64,000 nt of DNA from a bacterium (GTDB taxonomy: Bacteria > Zhuqueibacterota > Zhuqueibacteria > Residuimicrobiales > Krinioviventaceae): the NCBI GenBank assembly GCA_963675755.2, contig CAXXMD010000002.1, forward strand, positions 1,248,001 through 1,312,000, in the 5' to 3' direction. A program made the translations under genes and the position numbers. This document shows positions 1 through 10,448 of the stretch, one piece after another. How positions within the stretch are numbered: position 1 is the first letter of the stretch; each line of letters starts with the position of its first letter. The notes under the pieces were generated by a model. It made no database searches and was not told where the DNA came from. It saw only the letters and a program-made list of their open reading frames with translations.

Positions 1-648
1 GCTTTTGTATTGATTATTCCTGGCAATCAATTGACGAATTGTTGCCGTGGTAATGCCATAGGCTTTACTGGCCTCTTCACTGACAATCACTTCAATAGAT
101 TGCTGCTGACCACCCAGCGTTTCCACACTTGCCATACCATCAATATTTGCAAGCTCGTCGGTAATCTTTTGATCAATGACCGCGCGAATCCGCTCTAAAC
201 CACCGCTTCCCCGGACCTGTAATGTCATAAACATGTTTGCCAATTGTTCGGTATCTATCTTCATGACATTGATCATAAACTCGTCTTCAAGTTCGGCTTT
301 TAAAGCGGTAAGACGCTCTTCAAGGCGGAGATATGCGTATTTGATATTTACACTGGGATTAAAGTAGATAAAAACCGTACTGCGTCCCCGATCAGCAAAT
401 GATTCTATTTTGTCAATCCCTTCAAGAGTACTAACTACACCCTCAACCGGGATAATGGCTTTTTTCTCAATATATTCCGGGTCTGTATCCTGCGCACCGG
501 CAATAGATACAATCAAATACGGCATTTCTGTGTTAGGCAGTAATTCCACCGGAAGCTGATAGTAGGAAACCAGCCCCAGAAGACACAGGCCCACAAACAG
601 CATTGAGATAAAAACTTTACGATTAATAATAAAACGTACTATTTCCAT
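1..648 (-). CDS. RND efflux permease (AcrB/AcrD/AcrF family), second subunit; N-terminal part only, runs off the window
   Basis: Not in the ORF track. Hand translation from ATG at 648 gives MEIVRFIINRKVFISMLFVGLCLLGLVSYYQLPVELLPNTEMPYLIV..., the typical AcrB TM1 plus LP(V/I)xLxP start. It begins 12 nt after the stop of the preceding RND gene. Confidence 0.85.
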   Translation of the reverse strand, partial: MEIVRFIINRKVFISMLFVGLCLLGLVSYYQLPVELLPNTEMPYLIVSIAGAQDTDPEYIEKKAIIPVEGVVSTLEGIDKIESFADRGRSTVFIYFNPSVNIKYAYLRLEERLTALKAELEDEFMINVMKIDTEQLANMFMTLQVRGSGGLERIRAVIDQKITDELANIDGMASVETLGGQQQSIEVIVSEEASKAYGITTATIRQLIARNNQYKS

Positions 649-660
649 AATTCAGCACCG

Positions 661-3600
661 TTAATCCGGATATGTGGGATTGATTAACCGATCTATTTTC
701 AGATAAACACATGGTATCACGATCAGGGTCAACAGTGTTGAACTCACCAAACCTCCGATCACTGCAAGGGCCAATGGAGATCGCAGCGAAGCGCCTTCTC
801 CTATGCCCAATGTCAACGGTAATAAAGCCAGAATTGTCGTCAAACTGGTCATAATGATGGGACGAATACGTCGCTGTCCCGCAGCAAGAATAGCTTCTCT
901 GCGTGGTATACCTTCCTGCTTGATCTGGTTTATAGCATCAACGAGAATAATAGAGTCATTTACCGCAATACCGGCAAGCATAATCATACCGATAAATGCC
1001 ATTACATTAAAAGTTTGTCCCATAATCAGGAACAATAAAACAGATCCAACACCTGCAAGCGGTATGGTTAACAATATGGTAAAAGGATGAACCAGAGATT
1101 CAAATTGAGATGCCATGACCATATATACCAGAATGATAGATAATAACAATGCAAATTTCAAATTACCAAAGGCTTCACGGCGCATCAATTCTTCACCAGC
1201 GACTTCATACCGGTATTCCGGAGGCAGTTCGAGCTGGTCCATTTCATCCTGAATTTGTGATACAATAGCATTCAAAGGTTTATCACTCTGAATTTGTGCA
1301 GACAATTTGCCAATTCTTACCTGATTACGACGATAAATTTCATTCAACGTCTGACTGGTTTCAATATCAGCAAGTTGGTCGAGTCTATACACCTCGTTAC
1401 CGGAGCGAATTTCAAGTCCGGGAAGTTCATTCAAAGTGACATCCGGTACTTTGACAAGTATATCCTGGCTTTCGCCTTCGTTCTGCCAGTCACCGGCCTC
1501 ACGACCCGAGAGATGGTCTTCAATCTGCTGTGTAATGGTTTCAATATTGATACCCAACAAACCAGATCGAACCCGATCGACATGGACCTGAACTTCGGGG
1601 CGACCTTCATCAAAATTAGTAGTCATATTTACCAGATCACTGATATTTTCCAAACGCTGTTTTGCCTGTTCTGTCAAAGTTTGTATGGTTTCCAGATCCT
1701 GTCCCTGGATTTCCACAACAATGGGTGAACTTTCAGTACCCAGAATATTCTGCAATTCAGATTGTTCCTGAACGATATCAAATTCAAAATCAGCAATCTG
1801 ATGTAATGCGATCGAAAGCTTTGAAATAACTTGCTTTCCGGTCTCTTTATGATCAGGTACTAATTTGAATAAAATGGATGCTGTATTTTCATCCTGATAC
1901 TCGGTCTCTTCAAGACCGGTCAAGCTGGTTGTTGGTCCAATAAGACTGTATAAAATTTCTATTTCATCACCAAGCATATTTTGAACAACAGTTTCAATAT
2001 TCCTGACCGTACCTTCTGTGCGATTGATCTCTGTGCCTTCCGCAAGACGGATATTGATTGTAAAATCATTAGACTCTGTTTTGGGTATAAACTCACTACC
2101 TACTACCGGTAGCAGAAAATAGGTACCCACAACCAGAACCAAGGCAATCAATATAACTCTACCGGAATTGTTCAACACTTTGGCCAGAAAACCAGGGTAT
2201 CCTGGAAAGCCTACAGATGTCATTTTTTTGGATTTTTCATGCTTTAACAACCAAACACTCAACATGGGTATCACAAGAATCGCAACAAATAATGACGATA
2301 TCAGAGAAAAAGCAACCGTCCAGGCTTGATCTTTGAACAATTCGCCGGCAGAGCCGTGCATATAGACGATGGGTAAAAACACAACGATGGTAGTCAGAGT
2401 AGACGCAGTAATTGCGCCACCTACTGTTGCAGTTCCCTTGATGGCTGCATCTTTGAGTGAAAATCCATCTTCCAGGTAACGGTAAATGTTTTCCACTACA
2501 ATTATAGCATTATCTACCAGCATACCGGCGCCAAGAGCAAGGCCACCCAAAGTCATAATATTGAGTGTTAATCCTTTAAAATAAAGCAGATTAAATGTTG
2601 CCACAATAGAAATGGGGATAGCTATACTGATAATTGATGTAACCCCAAAACGTCTTAAAAATACATATAAAACCAGTACCGCAAGCAGAACACCAATGAG
2701 TGCAGTTTGTTTGACTTCATTCACTGAGGAGATAATAAAGTCACCCTGGTTTCGTATCAATTGAAATTCATAACCGGGAAGCGCGGCTTTTAATTCATCA
2801 AGCTCGCCGAGCAATAGTTCAACAGCTTTGACTGTATTGAACCGGGTTTCTTTATATATTGCCAACGCCATACAGCGTTGACCATTAACATGTACAATAT
2901 TGTCCGGTTCATGATTCACAAACCTTACCTCTGCAACATCTTTGAGAAAGACGGGAATCCGGTTTGAAACACTTGCGTCTGAACTTGTGGTAGATACGTT
3001 AGAAGCTGTTTCCTGTTTATAAGTCACAATAACATTTTCAATATCTTCAATGGTTTTAAACTCTCCCACACCTTTGATGATATATTTTCGTCCCATCTCT
3101 TGAATAGAACCACCAGACATGTTTAAATTATAGCTGGCAAGTTGCTGTGCAATCAAATCCGTTGTAATTCCAAAAGCTTCCAATAGATATGAATTGGTCT
3201 CAACGACAACCTCCTGAACCTCCTGGCCCAACAATTCCACTTCGGCTATACCTTCAAGGCGTACCAGTTCATTACGGATATAGTTTTCCGCAACCTGTCG
3301 CAATTCATCCATATCGGTTATTTCAGGATGACTGAATCCCAACAGCATAACCGGAGCGGCATTGGGATCGTAACGGGATATGGTCAACTCGTCAATGTCC
3401 GAATTTTGCTCAAAGCTGGTAAGGGCTTTTTGCAGATCCAGGAATGTTTCATCCATATCCGCATCCCAGGTGTATTCTACAGTGATCTCGGCAGTTCCAA
3501 CACGAGAAATAGAAGAAACCTGTACTGCGTGACGTTGACGAATTGCTATGGACTCTATGTTTTCCACAAACTGTTTTTCAATTTCGTCAGGTGGACGTTC

Positions 3601-3759
3601 CCCAGCTTTTAATTCAATGAAAATCTTGGGACTGTTCAGATCCGGGAACAGATCCATTCCCAATTTTTTAAAAGAAATGAAACCCAGTAACAAAAATGCC
3701 AATACAAGCATTAAAATTGAAACGGGATATTGTACCGAAAATTTTGCCAGTTTTTCCAT
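661..3759 (-). CDS. RND efflux permease, AcrB/MdtB-like (1032 aa)
   Basis: Two-repeat transmembrane architecture with large periplasmic loops. Motifs LNIMTLGGLALGAGMLVDNAIIVVENI, RIRPIIMTSLTTILALLP and PLALAVIGGL. Confidence 0.95.
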   Translation of the reverse strand: MEKLAKFSVQYPVSILMLVLAFLLLGFISFKKLGMDLFPDLNSPKIFIELKAGERPPDEIEKQFVENIESIAIRQRHAVQVSSISRVGTAEITVEYTWDADMDETFLDLQKALTSFEQNSDIDELTISRYDPNAAPVMLLGFSHPEITDMDELRQVAENYIRNELVRLEGIAEVELLGQEVQEVVVETNSYLLEAFGITTDLIAQQLASYNLNMSGGSIQEMGRKYIIKGVGEFKTIEDIENVIVTYKQETASNVSTTSSDASVSNRIPVFLKDVAEVRFVNHEPDNIVHVNGQRCMALAIYKETRFNTVKAVELLLGELDELKAALPGYEFQLIRNQGDFIISSVNEVKQTALIGVLLAVLVLYVFLRRFGVTSIISIAIPISIVATFNLLYFKGLTLNIMTLGGLALGAGMLVDNAIIVVENIYRYLEDGFSLKDAAIKGTATVGGAITASTLTTIVVFLPIVYMHGSAGELFKDQAWTVAFSLISSLFVAILVIPMLSVWLLKHEKSKKMTSVGFPGYPGFLAKVLNNSGRVILIALVLVVGTYFLLPVVGSEFIPKTESNDFTINIRLAEGTEINRTEGTVRNIETVVQNMLGDEIEILYSLIGPTTSLTGLEETEYQDENTASILFKLVPDHKETGKQVISKLSIALHQIADFEFDIVQEQSELQNILGTESSPIVVEIQGQDLETIQTLTEQAKQRLENISDLVNMTTNFDEGRPEVQVHVDRVRSGLLGINIETITQQIEDHLSGREAGDWQNEGESQDILVKVPDVTLNELPGLEIRSGNEVYRLDQLADIETSQTLNEIYRRNQVRIGKLSAQIQSDKPLNAIVSQIQDEMDQLELPPEYRYEVAGEELMRREAFGNLKFALLLSIILVYMVMASQFESLVHPFTILLTIPLAGVGSVLLFLIMGQTFNVMAFIGMIMLAGIAVNDSIILVDAINQIKQEGIPRREAILAAGQRRIRPIIMTSLTTILALLPLTLGIGEGASLRSPLALAVIGGLVSSTLLTLIVIPCVYLKIDRLINPTYPD

Positions 3760-3768
3760 AATAAACCG

Positions 3769-4824
3769 CTATCGTATTATTTTGACTTTGGAGTGATCAC
3801 GCAATGTTTCATAACCTTTAATGATTATGCGATCATTTTCTTTCAGGCCTTCAAGCACTTGAACCTGTAATGGATTTTCAATACCAGTAACAATCCGTCT
3901 GTCTTCTGCCGCACCTTTTTCAACCACAAAAACCCGTTTTGAATCGCCTCGGGCTAAAATGATCTCTTTGGGAACAACCAGCGCACTGTCTTCACTGGCA
4001 ACAATAATTTCAGATTTAACAAACATGCCCGGTCTGAATAATAACTTGGCATTATCTACTTCTACTGCAACTTTGAAAGAACGACTGTCCGGGTCCAAGG
4101 CCGGTGCAACCTGTGTTACATTGCCGTTCAGGGTATCATCTTTAACCATATAATTCATAATGCGAACAGGCTGTTCTTTATCTACACGGCCCAATTCTTT
4201 ACCTGGTAAAGAAAGCTCAAGATAAAGTTTTCGATAGTCCATCAATTCAACAATCAACACACCTGTTTCAACGCGTGTTCCCGGGGTAAAATAGGGCAAG
4301 TCAACAATAACGCCATCAAAAGGAGCAATAACTTTAGTTTTGGCAAGCTGTAATACAGCATTTTCATAACTGTATTTAGCATCAATATAAGATATTTCTG
4401 CATTTTTCAATTCACGAAAAGTGACCCCTCCCTTTTCGTACAAGGATTGCTGCTTGGTATACTCGCTTTCAGACACTTCAAGGTTGAGCTTTTGCGACTC
4501 GAACGCGATGGAATTTTCCAGTTCAGGATTGTCCAGATACACAATCACCTGGTCTTTTTTCACCTGATCACCCATCTGAAACGGTTTTCCTGTCATCGGA
4601 TTTTTAGCTATACGATAATATCCATTGGTTTCAGAATTCAGTTCAACAACCTTTGTTGCATAGACAGTTCCGGTTGCAGAAACATATTCTTGAATGGGCT
4701 GAGGTTTTAATTCTTCCACAGAAACCGGAACTGCAATCTGCATATCCATTCCGGCATCCTGGCGACTACATGCCGAAAACATTACAAGAAAAGCAGCAAA
4801 CAAAATGATTAAATACTTTTTCAT
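3769..4824 (-). CDS. RND periplasmic adaptor (membrane fusion protein), lipoprotein
   Basis: Lipobox-like FSAC, with motifs VIAPFDG, FRPGMFV and VVPKEII. Start moved to ATG 4824 (MKKYL), which follows an AAGGA ribosome-binding site. Confidence 0.92.
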   Translation of the reverse strand: MKKYLIILFAAFLVMFSACSRQDAGMDMQIAVPVSVEELKPQPIQEYVSATGTVYATKVVELNSETNGYYRIAKNPMTGKPFQMGDQVKKDQVIVYLDNPELENSIAFESQKLNLEVSESEYTKQQSLYEKGGVTFRELKNAEISYIDAKYSYENAVLQLAKTKVIAPFDGVIVDLPYFTPGTRVETGVLIVELMDYRKLYLELSLPGKELGRVDKEQPVRIMNYMVKDDTLNGNVTQVAPALDPDSRSFKVAVEVDNAKLLFRPGMFVKSEIIVASEDSALVVPKEIILARGDSKRVFVVEKGAAEDRRIVTGIENPLQVQVLEGLKENDRIIIKGYETLRDHSKVKIIR

Positions 4825-4844
4825 AAGACAATTCCTTGACACGT

Positions 4845-5186
4845 TTATTGTTTTTCCCTGCCGCGATACAACTTGATTTCAACTTTTTCAAGTGTCACGA
4901 GTCCCTCTTTGATCACATCTTTAATGTGGGGCCAAAACGATTCAATTTTTTCTATTGTATCAACTATTTCAATAATAATAGGTAAATCTTCAGACAAGCG
5001 TAATATTTTTGATGTATGCAATTTACTGGTTGGACCAAATCCTTCTATACCTCGTATAACCGTAGCGCCTGCCAGCCCTTGCTCTCTGGCTTTTCGTACA
5101 ATCCATTCATACAAGGGTTTGTGCTCGTATTTATCACTTTCTCCAATAAAAATGCGTAACAGGTGTCCCTGTTCTTCGAGCTTCAT
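4845..5186 (-). CDS. DUF190 family PII-like protein
   Basis: LLRIFIGESDK...GLAGATVIRGIEGFG...LSEDLPIIIEIVD is the DUF190 signature, and the gene sits in its usual position next to crcB. Confidence 0.92.
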   Translation of the reverse strand: MKLEEQGHLLRIFIGESDKYEHKPLYEWIVRKAREQGLAGATVIRGIEGFGPTSKLHTSKILRLSEDLPIIIEIVDTIEKIESFWPHIKDVIKEGLVTLEKVEIKLYRGREKQ

Positions 5187-5196
5187 ACGATTCTCC

Positions 5197-5574
5197 TTAA
5201 ATCATACGGGAGACAAAATCTCCCAGATATACAGCGGATAAACCCAATAAAATATGTACAACCACATTAACCACTGCCGGTGCTACTTGTCCATCACGAA
5301 TAAAACTGAATGATTCATATCCAAAAGTTGAAAACGTGGTAAAACTTCCCAAAACACCCACAAAAAGAATCAATCGGGTTTCGGTATGAAACACGCCATG
5401 TGTTTCACCAATCCCATTCAACAAACCAATGATAAAACAACCTAAAATATTTACAGTCATGGTACCATAAGGGAAATATGCTTTATCTAATATCTGGTGA
5501 ACCAAACCGCCTACTGCATATCGCAATATTGCACCAATGAATCCGCCTATACCTACTAGTAATGCTTTGAACAA
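5197..5574 (-). CDS. crcB: Fluoride efflux channel Fluc/CrcB
   Basis: Motifs GGFIGAILRY, FPYGTMTVNILGCFIIG and GVLGSFTTFSTF; about four TM helices; TTG start after GGGAG. Confidence 0.96.
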   Translation of the reverse strand: MFKALLVGIGGFIGAILRYAVGGLVHQILDKAYFPYGTMTVNILGCFIIGLLNGIGETHGVFHTETRLILFVGVLGSFTTFSTFGYESFSFIRDGQVAPAVVNVVVHILLGLSAVYLGDFVSRMI

Positions 5575-5586
5575 ATCAAACTCCCT

Positions 5587-7047
5587 TTAATGCTTTTCAT
5601 ATTCCGGAACTACCGGCTCATTTCTCACAAAATCCCACATGGATTCAATCTTTAAATTCAGGAGCGCCAATTTGTAATCAATCAAAGCAGAAATCAGGCT
5701 GTTTTTACGATCAGATAACTGGGTCTGATATAAATTCAGATCCATACTGGTGAGGTCTCCATTCTGATATTTTTCAAGATTAATCTCATACGTCAACTCT
5801 GAATTTCTAACATTCTGACGGGCGATATCAATTTGAATTTCAAGGTTTTGCAGATTACGCACAGCCTGGCGGATACCAATAATGATATCATCTTTTTGGG
5901 TTCTTTCCCTCAACCGGTTGGTCTCTAGCGTCGCTTCAGATGCTTTAATGCGGGCCTTGCGTTCACCCCAGTCAAACAATGGTATGTCAAAAGAAACCGC
6001 AACACGTTGGTTTTTGGTAGCTTCGTCATAAATATCCGCATACTGTTCATTGGTCCCGATAATACCATAAGAGACGGTTACATCCCCTTTGAATTCATTA
6101 TATGCTTTGGTTTCAGTCAAAGTAGCCAAAGCATTTTCAATATCAATACTACGTTGGCGCATTTCCATACGGCTTGCCAAACCTGTATCAATCGCTTTTT
6201 GCATATCTACTTTGACCGGTACATGTGTAACATCTGCCGTTACATCTACATTTTCAAGAATTGAAATACCAATCATTTGTTTGAACTGGTCCAAAGCATT
6301 GTCCCATGTTAGTTTGGCATTTTGCATTGTTGATTTACTGGTAGCCAGGTTGACTTCTGCCTGATACAGTTCTTCCATTGCAGAGATACCAGCATCCACC
6401 TTGTTTTTAATGATCTGATAACTGGCTTCCTGATTATTATATTCTTCAACAGCGATATTATAACTCATCTTGGCACTGTACACGCTGTAATAAGATTGCG
6501 TTACATTGTATTCAAGCATCAACATACGCAATGCGTAATTGATAGACGCATTTTCAAGGTCCAACTCTAGAGATCGCAACTCCAATCGGGTACGATTATA
6601 TGTAAATATGGGCTGGTTATAACTGAGATAGAGGTTATTGCTATATGTCTCTTGCCGTGAGTCACTGAACTCACTGTATGCGTCCTGCCATTCAAGCTGA
6701 TTGTTCAAAGAAATGGTTCCATCGGTCCATTCAATGGGTTGGGAAATGCTGAATACACCGGAATAAGAGGTGTTTTCATTGGTATTCCAGGTATTATAAA
6801 AAGTATTAAATTCTCTTACCTTTGTATATTCAAAAGGTGTTACAGACAAGTTGAACTTGGAACGCAATGCTGCCTTTTGGGCTTTTAATAATTGCTGGCT
6901 GCGCTCAAGTGATAGACGATATTCCATAATATCAGGGCTATTTTCACGTGCTGTTTCCATTGCACTTTCAAGGGTAAACATTTTCTGAGCAAAAGTCAGC
7001 GGCGTGATACAAAAGACCAAAACGATCAGAACATTGAGATATTTCAT
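5587..7047 (-). CDS. TolC family outer-membrane efflux protein
   Basis: Signal peptide, two helical OEP repeats, motif SFDIPLFDWG and C-terminal ALIDYKLALLNL. Confidence 0.92.
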   Translation of the reverse strand: MKYLNVLIVLVFCITPLTFAQKMFTLESAMETARENSPDIMEYRLSLERSQQLLKAQKAALRSKFNLSVTPFEYTKVREFNTFYNTWNTNENTSYSGVFSISQPIEWTDGTISLNNQLEWQDAYSEFSDSRQETYSNNLYLSYNQPIFTYNRTRLELRSLELDLENASINYALRMLMLEYNVTQSYYSVYSAKMSYNIAVEEYNNQEASYQIIKNKVDAGISAMEELYQAEVNLATSKSTMQNAKLTWDNALDQFKQMIGISILENVDVTADVTHVPVKVDMQKAIDTGLASRMEMRQRSIDIENALATLTETKAYNEFKGDVTVSYGIIGTNEQYADIYDEATKNQRVAVSFDIPLFDWGERKARIKASEATLETNRLRERTQKDDIIIGIRQAVRNLQNLEIQIDIARQNVRNSELTYEINLEKYQNGDLTSMDLNLYQTQLSDRKNSLISALIDYKLALLNLKIESMWDFVRNEPVVPEYEKH

Positions 7048-7056
7048 TTACATTCC

Positions 7057-10000
7057 TTACTGTTTAACCCATTTAATTGCGTCTGCCAGAACCACCCTGC
7101 CTCCGGTTTTATCAGACAATTCGACAACAGCCTTTCCGGATGACAGATAATAATTTCCCAACAGTACCCAACCATCTTCAGCGGATTCAAGAGATACGGG
7201 TACTTGTTCATTACCATCATCATGGTAGACAATATAATTAAATTCTTTCAATCCATCACTATCTCCGCCGCCACCAGGACCTCCGGGAGGTCCACCGGGT
7301 CCTCGTCTTCTACGAAACATATTGAGCGACGATGTATTTATATAGGTGTAAATATTATACTGTCCGTTTGTAGGTATGTCTGCAGTCCAGGAAACTTTGT
7401 TGGTTCCATTTCCTTTTTTCACTGCATATGCTGAATGTATATTTTTACCCCAGAATTCATCATTAACTGTTTTTTTCCACTGTGTGGGTATTCTCCAGGG
7501 ATTTAAACCGATATATTCTTCATCTTCAACTTCTTTTATACCCAGAAAGCGTTTTAACATACTGGCTTCCTGTACCTGCTCTACCTTGAATCCATTATCT
7601 TCATTATCCACAACGATTTCACCAGGAATGATTGCAGCTTTATATTCTGCAGGGCGAATTAAATCCAAAGGAACGGCTCGCTCATTAAGGTCCATTTTTT
7701 CAAAACGCTCACTGATTTCATTAGGAAGGTTCATAGATGTCAACGTATTAATTGTCATACCACGGGGTTCAGTATCCAGAACAATTCCTACATGATATGC
7801 ATTTTTACTATCCAGTTTATATAACCGGGGTGGTTCTTCATCTTCATTTCCGCCGCCACCAAATCCCCGGAAACCACCTCTTCCTCCCATTCGAAAGGAT
7901 ACCGAAATTACACCATCAACATCAGAATCATTCTGTATATCAAATCTGAGCTGGTAACGGGTACGATTATTATCCAAAACTTTATAGGATTGCATGTTGG
8001 ATACATAAAATGCAGGTAATTCAGTCTGGTTATACCAGTTTTCTACAAACGACTTGAATTCAGATTGAAAATCTCCGGGTAAGGTTTTAACAAAAGATTC
8101 GAATCCGGCAGTATGGAACCGATTTTCTGCTAAATATTGTTTTAGTAATTCATCAAACGTATCAATACCAACCTGTGATTTGATCAATGAAAATAACGCT
8201 TCACTTTTCACTTTTAACACATCATTCCACATTTCAGATTCTTCTGAATTGCTCAAAACATTTGCAAGGCTGTTCTCTTCAAGAAGAAGGTTGGCTTTTT
8301 CTTCTTCAACCAGCCCCTCCATCCTTCGAAAGAAACTTGGCCTGTTGTCTTGCATCTTTGTTAACATAAATGCTTCAAATGCTTTATCCAATACTGGCCA
8401 ATCAGTGGATTTTACTGTATTGATAAATGTGTAAAAGTTGGGAAAAAGATTACCATCGGGCTGTTCTGCATCATCATTACCCCGAAAAGGACGGCCAAAC
8501 TGTTGTCCTTTGAATACATTGGTCACAAACATGTTGAACATTTGTGATTGACTTTCACCAGGACTTACACTACGATTACTGCGCTGGCTGAAACGTTCCT
8601 GCCTGCGAACAGATTGGTTAAAATCAGCAGATTCATATTTTACTGCATTTTCTGTTAGAAAAACCTGTGCCGGTTGAACAACTTCCTGGTGGAATTGCAG
8701 CGGTTTTTCAAATGCTAGAAAATGTACCGGGACTTCAATGACTGACAATCGTTTATATGGATAATCGGTATTGAACTGGATCTCCAGATCATTCATATTA
8801 TCACGAATCAAAGCCTCAAGTGTGTCAGCAATGTCTGTAAAGAAAGGTTTATAATAATTGTGGTTTTTATTTGTATAAAGCTCATACTCAACACTATCAA
8901 CATTAATGCTGGCTCTCTGATATTCACCAATGACAAGCGAAATTTGCGGAAGTGGAATTTCGGGTATAAAATGATATTCACCTTCACCTGCTTTTTCAGT
9001 CTGTCCTTGAGAAATCACAGTCAAATCGGGACGGGTTTTTACAGTCATTTCAAAATCAACAAAATCCTGATTTTGTTGATAACCAAATCCATTTGTACCC
9101 AATGCACCAGCTACAGGATACCAGAGATTTTCACGGGTAAGCAAAACATAATCGGGTTTTACAAAACTGTGCTTTTTGCCCAATTTGTACATTGCCAGAC
9201 TGTTTAGCAATTGTTCCTGTTCGACAGATAAATCGGGATAACATGCAAAATCCAAAGGAGAACCAGAATAATCGACGGTTAACGCTTTGGTTTCTCCCGC
9301 TGCAATACCTTTTGAATCGGTAATAAACAGTAAATGCTGATTCTGCTTAAATTCAAGAGAGGTATTATCCACAGAAACAGATTTCACAGTAAATCCGGGG
9401 TTCAAGCTAAATAGATATTCAGAGATATTTTTTTCTGTATTATTTTGAATATTCATTACAGCAGTTGTCTGAATACTGTTCCCCTGATGTACAACATTTA
9501 AATTGCAGTCTTTGATAGATACAATGGAATGGTTTTTATATTGTTCATTCAGTTTTAAAATTTGCGCGCGAACATTTTTATGTTGAAAATATTGAGAAAC
9601 ATAGCTCACAGAAAAAAATGATGCCAATGCAATAAATATAACAAAAAACACCATAGACAAACGGTTCATAAACTTTGACTGGGGTAACCGTTTCATAAAC
9701 GTAACGGTTAAAAATATAAATCCGAGCCCAAAGAAAAGATAAATTGAGCGTTGTAATATGATCTGATGCAGATCACTAAAACCTACAAAGTCAGAAAAAG
9801 CTAGCGGCAGGTAAAACGCAACAAAGTCAAAAATATAATTTACCTTGTTGCCCAGATAAAAAATAGTCAAAGCAACCAGACCAATCATAATCACCCAGGT
9901 AACCGGAGGATTTCTGAAAATTGACATAAAAATAAAAGCGATTCCAATGGCAAATATCATTGTGGGTAAGCTGATTATCAAAAAATAAACCAAAAAGTTT

Positions 10001-10434
10001 AATGGCTGAAAAGGAACATCAGCGAAAATACCATTGACAATTGCTCCCATAAACAATACGAGTAAATTTAGAGTAATAAAAACCGAAATCACCCCAATTG
10101 TTTTACCAATGACATATTCTGCATTGGAAATAGAGCGCATATAGATCACTTCAACCGTGCTTGCCTTGGTATCTCTTTTTAAAAAGTCAGAAGCAAGAAA
10201 AACACAGAGAATTGCCTGTACTGTATTTAACATCATTAAATTAAAATAAGGTACAGATGAAGGTATTCCTCGCAGCAACCAGGGGACATATTCAGTCACA
10301 CCGGTAAAAAACATAATATTTAAGAATGTTAAAACTCCAACAACAACCAATCCAAAAATCCGAAAGAACCAGCTGCGAAACAACAACTTCATTTCATAAC
10401 GCGCTACTACCCAGAGATTATATAAAGAGAACAT
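7057..10434 (-). CDS. Large fusion: ABC-2-type permease + M1-aminopeptidase-like domain (no HEXXH) + C-terminal beta-sandwich (golvesin/xanthan-lyase C-terminal-like)
   Basis: The first ~280 aa are multi-TM, with VARYEMKLLFRS and ISNAEYVIGKTIG. M1-like elements follow (FSLNPGFTV, YSGSP, NLWYP, YPYKRLSVIEVP). The C-terminus has IVVDNEDNGF...GWVLLGNYYL...VLADAIKW. Start set at ATG 10434 after GAGG. Confidence 0.75.
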   Translation of the reverse strand: MFSLYNLWVVARYEMKLLFRSWFFRIFGLVVVGVLTFLNIMFFTGVTEYVPWLLRGIPSSVPYFNLMMLNTVQAILCVFLASDFLKRDTKASTVEVIYMRSISNAEYVIGKTIGVISVFITLNLLVLFMGAIVNGIFADVPFQPLNFLVYFLIISLPTMIFAIGIAFIFMSIFRNPPVTWVIMIGLVALTIFYLGNKVNYIFDFVAFYLPLAFSDFVGFSDLHQIILQRSIYLFFGLGFIFLTVTFMKRLPQSKFMNRLSMVFFVIFIALASFFSVSYVSQYFQHKNVRAQILKLNEQYKNHSIVSIKDCNLNVVHQGNSIQTTAVMNIQNNTEKNISEYLFSLNPGFTVKSVSVDNTSLEFKQNQHLLFITDSKGIAAGETKALTVDYSGSPLDFACYPDLSVEQEQLLNSLAMYKLGKKHSFVKPDYVLLTRENLWYPVAGALGTNGFGYQQNQDFVDFEMTVKTRPDLTVISQGQTEKAGEGEYHFIPEIPLPQISLVIGEYQRASINVDSVEYELYTNKNHNYYKPFFTDIADTLEALIRDNMNDLEIQFNTDYPYKRLSVIEVPVHFLAFEKPLQFHQEVVQPAQVFLTENAVKYESADFNQSVRRQERFSQRSNRSVSPGESQSQMFNMFVTNVFKGQQFGRPFRGNDDAEQPDGNLFPNFYTFINTVKSTDWPVLDKAFEAFMLTKMQDNRPSFFRRMEGLVEEEKANLLLEENSLANVLSNSEESEMWNDVLKVKSEALFSLIKSQVGIDTFDELLKQYLAENRFHTAGFESFVKTLPGDFQSEFKSFVENWYNQTELPAFYVSNMQSYKVLDNNRTRYQLRFDIQNDSDVDGVISVSFRMGGRGGFRGFGGGGNEDEEPPRLYKLDSKNAYHVGIVLDTEPRGMTINTLTSMNLPNEISERFEKMDLNERAVPLDLIRPAEYKAAIIPGEIVVDNEDNGFKVEQVQEASMLKRFLGIKEVEDEEYIGLNPWRIPTQWKKTVNDEFWGKNIHSAYAVKKGNGTNKVSWTADIPTNGQYNIYTYINTSSLNMFRRRRGPGGPPGGPGGGGDSDGLKEFNYIVYHDDGNEQVPVSLESAEDGWVLLGNYYLSSGKAVVELSDKTGGRVVLADAIKWVKQ

Positions 10435-10448
10435 AATTTGCCTCAAAA

